Source: an uncultured Gammaproteobacteria bacterium
GTDB taxonomy: Bacteria; Patescibacteriota; Patescibacteriia; SG8-24
Assembly: GCA_964407925.1 (NCBI GenBank)
Contig: CAYOXM010000001.1
Span: 82,909 to 144,248, forward strand
Direction of reading: 5' to 3'
Length of the DNA: 61,340 nt
Position 1 is the stretch's first letter, and every line of letters starts with the position of its first letter. A program made the translations under genes and the position numbers. Below the pieces are notes generated by a model. It had not been told where the DNA came from, searched no databases, and worked only from the letters and a program-made list of their open reading frames with translations. Below are positions 51,485-59,600 of this stretch, one piece after another.

Positions 51485-51513
51485 TTGACAAGGCGGGTGC
51501 TCGGGGGTACGAT
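51485..51513 (+). promoter_or_regulatory. Sigma70 promoter TTGACA-17-TACGAT for tRNA-Leu
   Basis: 17-nt spacer; overlaps the divergent parA promoter (TTGTCA...TACAGT on the minus strand). Confidence 0.75.
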
Positions 51514-51542
51514 GCCGCAGAGGTCAGCCAAAAATCGACCCC

Positions 51543-51629
51543 GCCGGAGTGGCGAAACTGGCAGACGCACACGACTCAAAATCGTGCGGGGGCAACCCCA
51601 TGAGGGTTCAAGTCCCTCCTCCGGCACCA
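51543..51629 (+). tRNA. tRNA-Leu(CAA)
   Basis: GCCGGAG/CTCCGGC + A-CCA; anticodon arm CACGA-CTCAAAA-TCGTG; long variable arm GGGG-GCAA-CCCC. Confidence 0.96.
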
Positions 51630-51744
51630 CGTAAAAACGCCAGCTCGTCTGGCGTTTTTACGTGCCCCGTGAGCGTTGCCGACGGCAACGCTTTTACGGG
51701 GCCTCCTCCCGCCCTGCGCCGGCGTTCACGTGGCGCGGCCACCA
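51627..51744 (+). repeat. CCA-anchored structured repeat, family A copy E2 (after tRNA-Leu)
   Basis: 76/77 identity with E1 over the two-hairpin part; ends GGCCACCA. An extra GGCTCACGTGGCGCAGCC motif sits at 51783-51800. Confidence 0.9.
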
Positions 51745-51831
51745 GCTTCAGTCCAAACCTTTTACATGACCACAACCGGCGCGGCTCACGTGGCGCAGCC
51801 CGTAAAAAAAGACGCCTCCGGTGAGGAAGCG

Positions 51832-52305
51832 TCAGAGGGCAGCGAGCAGGGAGCGGACCCACTCGACGGCGCCGAGGTAAACGGCGACCCAGAACGCGGA
51901 GCTGATGAGGGTGGTGACGAAGGCGTACATCCACGCCTTCTGCTCGCGCAACCCGAGGAAGCGGATGACCAGGGCCCCGAAAAACGGACCGACGAGAAAG
52001 TTCGCCGCGAGCGCCAGAACGAACGGCCCGCGCTTGCGGAACCACGGCCAGACGCCGCCCTGGAACCTGCCCTCGTCGAGGGTGAGCTTCTTCGCCCATT
52101 CCGCGGCGAACAACGCCTTGCGTTGGGGCGGCAGCAGGACGATCAGCACGAGCCCGGTGAGCAGCATGCCGAGACCGAAGTGCGCGGGCAGCGCCCACCA
52201 GCCGAGAAGCCTGACGCCGGCGATGATCACGCCGGAAAGCGCGAAATTCGCAATGACGGCGCCTACGCCGCCGAGCGCGTAGCCGATTTTTGCGAGATGT
52301 TTCAA
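51832..52305 (-). CDS. Small multi-pass membrane protein, function unknown
   Basis: 157 aa, about 4 TM helices; AGGAGG RBS before TTG. Confidence 0.7.
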   Translation of the reverse strand: MKHLAKIGYALGGVGAVIANFALSGVIIAGVRLLGWWALPAHFGLGMLLTGLVLIVLLPPQRKALFAAEWAKKLTLDEGRFQGGVWPWFRKRGPFVLALAANFLVGPFFGALVIRFLGLREQKAWMYAFVTTLISSAFWVAVYLGAVEWVRSLLAAL

Positions 52306-52423
52306 CGAACGCCTCCTCCTGAAGCAGGTTGATCGTACTTCTTGCTTATCAGATTTTCAGCAACCGGGCAAGAGTCGGGGAAACGAAAAGGCGCCCTTTC
52401 AGGCGCCTTCGTCGCGGGGAATT

Positions 52424-52918
52424 TTACAGGATGACCTTCACCAGAATCACGAGCACGACTGCCTGCATCAGCAGGCCGTAGCGGAACGGAATGTCCCTCT
52501 CCTTGCGGACGTGCTTGATCATGAAGTGATGGTTCGCCATGTGGAACCCGTGGAACCACGCGAGCTTGCGGTTGAGCCACGTGCGCTGTTTCGGCTTGAG
52601 GACTTCGCAAAGCCCGACGAGGAGATCGGGCAAGAGGCCGCCGAGGATGCCCATCGCCACGTTAAGCGGGTGGAAAAAATCCTGCCTGAGGAAGAACAGC
52701 GCGATAAGGACGACGGTCGCGAGGGCATCGAGACCGACGTACAGCAGCGCGCGGCCGACCTTGTTACCATTCTTATAGCCTTCGTACATGTGCTCATCCC
52801 CATGCGGAACCATGTCCGTAAAGAAATGGGAGATGAACCCGAGCGCGAAAGCCGCAGTCGGACTTCCGACGGCGTTGCCCGCGAGGGCGCCGATGGACGC
52901 GTGGACGGCTAGAAACAT
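52424..52918 (-). CDS. Membrane protein, metal-dependent hydrolase-like (H..G / SHF..D / PDL / H motifs)
   Basis: MFLAVHASIGA, ISHFFTDMVPHGD, GGLLPDL and FHMANHH. ATG 52918. Confidence 0.7.
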   Translation of the reverse strand: MFLAVHASIGALAGNAVGSPTAAFALGFISHFFTDMVPHGDEHMYEGYKNGNKVGRALLYVGLDALATVVLIALFFLRQDFFHPLNVAMGILGGLLPDLLVGLCEVLKPKQRTWLNRKLAWFHGFHMANHHFMIKHVRKERDIPFRYGLLMQAVVLVILVKVIL

Positions 52919-53060
52919 ATGACGAGGACAGCATAGCAGGGTGTGGCCCGCGCGGCAAGACGGCAAATAAGGCTAAACGAGGTCGAACCCTTGCCTTTTT
53001 TTAAAAACCTGTGCTAAGGTGAGTCCGTTGAGGGGGATAAGCCAGAATTTCTGCAAGAAT

Positions 53061-53288
53061 ATGCGAAAAAAGAAGCATAACGCCGACGAAATCCGCTTCT
53101 GCCAGTCAAGGATGCACAAGCGCATTTACGAGTTCCGTAACGGCGAAACTTCCTTTCTCGTGAACGTCGAATGGGAAGGCGGCCGTCCTCTCCGCATGGT
53201 GGTCTGCAAGGACTGCTACGGCAACAACTTCGGCAGTCTCATCAAGGAAATCGTCATCGACAACCCCCGGGTGGTGGCGACCGCCTAA
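53061..53288 (+). CDS. Small hypothetical protein with CxxC
   Basis: 75 aa from ATG 53061, CKDC motif; followed by terminator AAAAATCCGCC-GATAA-GGCGGATTTTT. Confidence 0.55.
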   Translation: MRKKKHNADEIRFCQSRMHKRIYEFRNGETSFLVNVEWEGGRPLRMVVCKDCYGNNFGSLIKEIVIDNPRVVATA

Positions 53289-53346
53289 CGGCCCTCTGGC
53301 CTGCTAAAAATCCGCCGATAAGGCGGATTTTTAGGACGGTCGGGAC

Positions 53347-53375
53347 TTGTCAGGGCTGAGGCCTTCATATATATT
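53347..53375 (+). promoter_or_regulatory. Sigma70 promoter TTGTCA-17-TATATT for tRNA-Met
   Basis: 17-nt spacer; 32 nt upstream of the tRNA. Confidence 0.65.
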
Positions 53376-53407
53376 GCCTGCATTCGGTCGGAAAAAATGC
53401 ATATCGT

Positions 53408-53482
53408 GGCGAGGTAGCTCAGTGGTAGAGCAAAGGACTCATAAGCCTTGGGTCGAGGGTTCGATCCCCTCCCTCGCTACCA
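53408..53482 (+). tRNA. tRNA-Met(CAT), probably elongator (Ile2 not excluded)
   Basis: GGCGAGG/CCTCGCT + A-CCA; anticodon loop CTCATAA with an A31-G39 mismatch; lacks the three G-C pairs and 1:72 mismatch of initiator tRNA. Confidence 0.9.
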
Positions 53483-53595
53483 CGTAAAAAGCCTGCGCGA
53501 AAGCGGAGGCTTTTTACGTGCCACGTGAGGCTCGCCGCGCGAGCCTTTTACGTGGCTACCTTGAGATAGCGCACAGGCTTCACGCGGCACAGCCA
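53480..53595 (+). repeat. CCA-anchored structured repeat, family A copy E3 (diverged; after tRNA-Met)
   Basis: CACGTAAAAAGCC...GGCTTTTTACGTG, GCCACGTGAGGCTCGC...GCGAGCCTTTTACGTGGC and GGCTTCACGCGGCACAGCCA: same order and similar length (116 nt) as E1/E2. Confidence 0.8.
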
Positions 53596-53596
53596 T

Positions 53597-53629
53597 GAAA
53601 AGCGCCCCATCATCGGTGGGGCGCTTTTC
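53597..53629. terminator. Bidirectional terminator
   Basis: GAAAAGCGCCCCA-TCATCGG-TGGGGCGCTTTTC. Confidence 0.8.
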
Positions 53630-56600
53630 TATTCCGCGGATGGCATCTCTTCGGAAGCGGGAGCCGGCACGGGCGGTTCGGGACTCGATTCCTGTACCGG
53701 CTCCGTGGAGGGCGGCTCTGGAACGGGAGCCGGCGCAGGTTCCGGCGCGGGCGGCGCAACGACAGGTTCGGGAACGTCGCCGTCGATGCCGACAATCCAG
53801 TAGGTAAACGTCGCATTCTGAGTAGCCGGTGCCGAGAGCTTAATGACGAACGAGCCATCGTGCCTCTCCGAAATCCACCAACGCGAACCCGGATCGCCGT
53901 CGAAAGTGACGACGACGAGCGAATTCGCTCTCATACCGAGATTCGTGACGACCTTGGCATCGGAACCGGCCTCGATGATACCGCGACCGACGGTCTTGTC
54001 GTTGCCTTCGGCATTGATGACCGTTTCACGGGCTTTCACCCTGTCGGCAACGACTTCGTTCACGGTCAGTACGCCGTTGCCGTCGACACCGAGCCTGCCG
54101 GACAGTGCCGTGATGCGGTTCTCGTGGTCCTTGATCGCCGCCGCCAAGTAAGCGGTCAGCAACTTATATTCGATACCCTCGATCTGTCCGTTCTTATACG
54201 TGATGACTTCCGGGATGATCTGCGCGACCTCTTCCGCGATGAAGCCGACGGAGCGTTCGTCGCGGTCCTTCCACTTGAAGTCGACGGGACGGAGCGCGAG
54301 CACTTTCTGCATGTCAAACGCGAGGTCGTGCACGTCCTCCTTGTAACGGAGGGACGAGGAGCAGGTGGAGAAGGAATTGAAGCCAAGTATCGGAGAGGTA
54401 TTGTAGCAGAGGGAGGTCGATGTCGCCGAAGCAAGGACGGACACGCCGACGTTCCCGGAGTTATTGACGGCGAGTCGCGCCGAGCCGCCATTCGCCAAGT
54501 ACAGATAGTCGTTTGAATTATCGTATGACAGGGTCGAATCGTCCGCGCCGCCGGTCGTCTGGAAGACGATTTGCGGAACGCCCGCATCCGTTCGCTGAAG
54601 CACGATCATGTTGTTGGTCGCCCCTTCGATTTCGAGCGGGCCCGCGGGAGCGTTCGTGCCGATGCCGACCCTGTTATTCGTCGCGTCGATGGAAAGCGTA
54701 TTCGAATCGAAGTTGATGCCGTCCACGCCGCCGGAGAGCGTCACGGCGGTATCGTTCGCGAACGTCCACGACGCGGCGTTCGACGTGGCTGAATCGCCCG
54801 AGCCGTCGCCGAAGGTCACGGCACCCGACGTGCGGAACGACCCGCCGACGTCAAGCGTCGTGTTGGGTGCGAGACAGTTGACGCAGAGGCTTCCGCTCGT
54901 AAGGTGGTGCGGCCCGGTGGAACCGCCGACGAGTCCGCGGCTCGTCGTCGTAATCGCCGCAGTCGAAGTCTTGACGTAGATGCCAGCGGTCGACTGCTGC
55001 TCGAGCTGGGCGCCCCACATGACGACGTTCGTGCTCGTGCCGCTCTCGATGCGGAAGGTCGCGGTTCCCGTGGAGCCGCCGGTGAACGTCTGGGTGACCT
55101 TGAATCGCTGCCAGGACGTGGTGACCGAGGCGGCCGAGACGGTGCCGGTCTCGTTGCCTGAGCTGATGCGCAGGTTCACAGTCGCGGATCCGGTCGACAT
55201 CTTAAGCCAGACGGACCCAGTCCAGGTCGTCGAGGCTGTCGCAGGCGAGCCGTTCGCCGCCTGAGTGACGCCGTTCGTGGCGGACGCGCCGGCCGTCGAG
55301 ACTCGCTCGGCCGCGCTCGCGACGCCATCCGGCGACGTCTGGTCGGAAGTCACGACGATGGTCGACTCCTTGGTCCAAGAAGCGTTGTCGAACTCTTCCG
55401 AACGCAGTAACCAGTTCTCGTACCTGCCGAAACCGCCGAACGGCGACTCGACGTATCCCGCCTGCACCAACACGTTACCGCCGTCGGCAATCGTGAGCTT
55501 CTCGCTCGGAGTAGACGTGCCGACGCCGATCAGTCCGGTGCAGGTCATCGTGCCGTCCACGCCCGTGATGGTGCAGCCGTTGTTCGAGAAGCCGCCCATG
55601 AGGTTCAGCACGGAGGATGCGGTAGAAGGCCCGAAATTCAATGCCGTGGCCGGCGATGAACCGATGAACATGTCGAAGGTGCCGTCGGTGGTCGTCATCT
55701 GCGACGAGAAGTTTCCCGAATTGATGTCGGGAGTGCTGAGGCTGGGGCTCGTCGCGAAGACGAGCGCGCCGGAACCGGTATCGTCGCTGAACAGCGTATC
55801 GAGATTGGCCGAAGACGCGATGCCGGCCGCGGTAGAAAGCGCGCCGGAACCGTCCGTCCCGATGATGTAGTTCGGCGCAAACGAGCTCGAGCCGAGCACG
55901 ACCGTGCCAGTGGCGTCAGGGAACGTGATGGTCTTGGACGTCGTCGTCGGATCGGTAATGACGAATTTGGTATAGATGTCGTTGTTCGTCGCGCCCTCGA
56001 ATTCCAAGGCGTATCCTCCCGACGCGTTGAGAATTTCGGACGTTACGGTCAGCGTGTCAGTGGCCGCGTCACCGACTGAGACGTTGCCGGTGAAAGAGAC
56101 CGTGCCCGAGCTCGTTATGCCGGTCGCGCCGGAGATAACGCCCGCGCCGGAGATGTCGAGCGCGGGAGTTTCGAGGATGAAATCCCAGCCCGAACCTGCC
56201 TTAAGCACGGTTTCCGTGGCATCCGCGCCGCCGTTATGGTCGCCGACGCTGAACGCGTTCAGGTTCATCTGGGCGTCACCCGTGAAGTCGTTGACGCGGA
56301 AAAGGTTCGTCGTGTTCGTGCCGCCGGAAGCGTTGTCCATGGAAGTCGAGACGGCGATAAGGTTGTGCACGTTCGTCCCCGTCGTATCGGCGGGGGTGGT
56401 GAAGGGGTAGGAGAACGCGCTCACCGTCGTTCCGGTGTCAGCCGCCTGTGCCACCGTGAAGGAGGTGGTATTCGCGCCCATCGAGAGCGACAGGTTCGTG
56501 GAAGGACTGGTCAGGTTGCTCCACGAGGGGCTGGCACCGGCGCCGATGCAGTCGGTCCACGCGCCGTTCTGGTAGCAGCGGAACTTGTTGCTCGTGGTGT

Positions 56601-59600
56601 TGTAGTAGGTGAGGCCGTTCGTGCCGGTCGGGTCTGCCCCGGAGAGGTTGGCGAGCTTCAGGGGGCCGTTCAGCACGCTGTTCGAGGTGCTGTTCGAGGT
56701 GATGGCGCCCGTCACCGTGAGCGAGCCGCCGAGCGTCACGGCCTGGCCGCCCGCGGCGTTCACGGCGAGCGTGCCGCCGGACTCGATCTTGTTGTCGCTG
56801 AAGTAGGTCGACCCGTTGCCGGTGACGACGCCGTCGATGAAGTAGCCGCGGCCGTAGCGGTTGGCGAGGGCCTGGCTCGTGTCGACGCCGCCGATTTCGG
56901 GCACGTGGACCTCGGTGACGGCGTCGGCGTTGCTCCAGGTGAGCGCCGGGCTGATGGTGAGCGTCGTCGTCCCGCCGCCCGCGGTGATCTTGGCGAAGCA
57001 GGGGTTGGCGACGCAGGAGGCCGAGGCGACCTGGACGTAGTTGCCGTTGTCGAAGTTCGTGCCCGAGTTGACGACGAGGCTGGTAGAATTCGACCCTCCT
57101 CCGTTCGCCGTCGTCGAACCGTCGAGCGTCGTGAAGGTGCTCGTCACGTCGCCCGAGGCGTTCACGTTGAACCGGTCGCCCGAGCCGACGGTGAGGAGGC
57201 TCGCGGGGGATCCGTCGCCGATGCCGACGTTGCCGGAACTGGCCAACACGAGCTGCGTCGTGCTGGAGTTCGTGCCGAGCGTCAGCGGCACGGCGGCGTT
57301 CGTGGAAATCTGCGCGGAACCGCTCGCAGTGTTCGATATGACGAGCGAGTCGACGGGGCTGGCCTGTGTCGCGACGAGCGAACCGCCCTTGGTCCTGATG
57401 TTGCCCACGGCCTCGAGTTTCGCGCCGGGACCCGTCGTCCCGATGCCCACGTCACCTGCCGCCGTGATAGTCATCTGTGGCGTCGGTGCGCCACTGAGCG
57501 CGTCGGTAAGCGTGCCGAAATTGATGCCGAGGGAGTCGACGAAAATCGATTTGTATTTTTCGTCGGACGCGCCGCCGGTGTAGCCGATGACAAGGTTCGT
57601 CCCGATGGACGAATTGCCGTCGACGATCCGCGCGGTGTAATTGGACGTTCCGCTCGTAGCCGCGTTGAGATGCAACGGGCTCGCGGGCGAAACGGTGCCG
57701 ATGCCGACGCTGCCGTTGACGAAGAGGTGCGGACCGGCCGAATCAACGACCAGGCCCCGGCCCGTCGTCGTGACTGCCGATGCGACGGTCTGCACGTACG
57801 ACCCCGTTGAGGCCTGCTTTTCGAGCTGGGCGCCCCAGATAAGGACGTTCGTGTTCGTTCCGGATTCGACGCGGAGCGTGGCGGTACCGGTCGACGCGCC
57901 CGTAAAAGACTGGATGACGTTGGCTCGCCGCCAGAAATTGCCGAGCGTGTACGTGGCCGCGGTGCCGGTCTGGTTGCCCGAGCTGATACGTACCGCCACC
58001 GACGGCGTTCCCGTAGTCGCCTTGAGCCAAACCGAACCGGCCCAAGTCGTCGATGCCGTCGCGGGCGCGCCCGATGCCGCCTGCGTCACGCCGTCCGTCA
58101 CGGCGGCCCCGCCCGTCGTCACCTTATCCGCGGTCGTGGAGCCGTTGGGCGCGGTGTCCGTGTTCGCGGTAATGGCGACTGTGCTCGTCTTCGTCCACGC
58201 CGCATTGTCAATCTGTTCGGAATACGTCAGGTAATTTTCATACCGACCGACGCCGCCGTACGCCGTCTCGAGATTTCCGGTCGTGATGAGCAAGTTGCCC
58301 GAACCGAACGTCGCGCCGATGGCATCGCCGATGGTCAAGCGCTCATTCGGCGTCAAGCCCGTATACAATCCGAAATAGCCGTTGCCGTCGATTCGTCCCG
58401 CGTCGACGGCATTGCCGTCCTGAAAACTCAGGATCGGAATAGTCGTCAAATTGGTGCCGAGATTCGTCCAGGCAGGCGCAATGCTGGACATCACCTGAAG
58501 CCCCGTCGATTCCGCCGCCTTCATCGTGAAGGTGTTATCGGACAGGTGGAATTTAACGGCCGGTCCGGTCGTGCCGATGCCGACGTTGCCCGACGAATCG
58601 ATCGTCATCCGCACGTTGTCGTTCGTGCCGAACTGAATCGGCGTCGCATCGCTGTTGCCGACGAAAAGCGCATTTGCGAGCGTGCCGGTGTATCCGCCAT
58701 TTGCCGGATCGGCCGCGGCGTTGCCGACGATGCCGACGAAAGCCTCGCGCCCCGTCCCTTGGTCCTGGGTCATCTGGATGTAGGCGTTGTGGTCCTCGGT
58801 AAGATTGTCCATGTCGGCATAAAGCTGGATGGCGGCGTCGTTCTGGCCGGTGATCCGGAGAATTTCGTCGGCCGTCGACGTGGTGGACCCGACGGCGAGG
58901 TGCGTGGTCGTGGTCGTGGTACCGAGCGCGACATTGCCGTTCGGGTCGATGAAGAACGTCCCCTGGCCAAACGCGCCGGTGGTCGGGGAAATCCAAAACC
59001 CGTCGGGAGAGGCATCCGAACCCGCTTCCCATGTCCTCGTCACGTTCACGAACTGCATTTGCGCGGCAGCGCCGGCGGACGTTTCCTCGATGATAAAATC
59101 CGGCGCGCTGCTGAGCCGAATGTGCAGAGGCGCCGAGGGCGCGTTCGTGCCGATGCCCACGCGGTTGTTCGTGGCGTCGATGGAAAGCGTGTCGGAGTCG
59201 AAATTGAGACCGTTCACGCCGCCGGATAGCGCCACCGCGGTGTCGTTCGCGAACGTCCAAGCCGCCGCGTTCGAGGTGACGGTGTCGCCGGACGCGTCGC
59301 CGAAGGTGTTGTTGCCTACGGTGCTCACGTTGCCCGACGCGTCGATCGTCATGCGCACGGCGTCGTTCGTCGCGAACTTGAGCGGCGCGTTACGCCTGTT
59401 GCCGATGACGCCCTGGTTGTCGGAGTTGACCTCGAGGCTCGCGATGCCGGCCTGCGTGCCGAGTCCGAAGACGGAAAGGCCCGAGCTGCCGCCGATGGTC
59501 ATGTAGAACGAGGCATTGCTCGTCTGCGTCGTGTTGGAGACGCTGACCGCCGTATAATCGGTCGCGGCGCTTTCGAACCTGCCGAGCTGATTGTTGGCGC

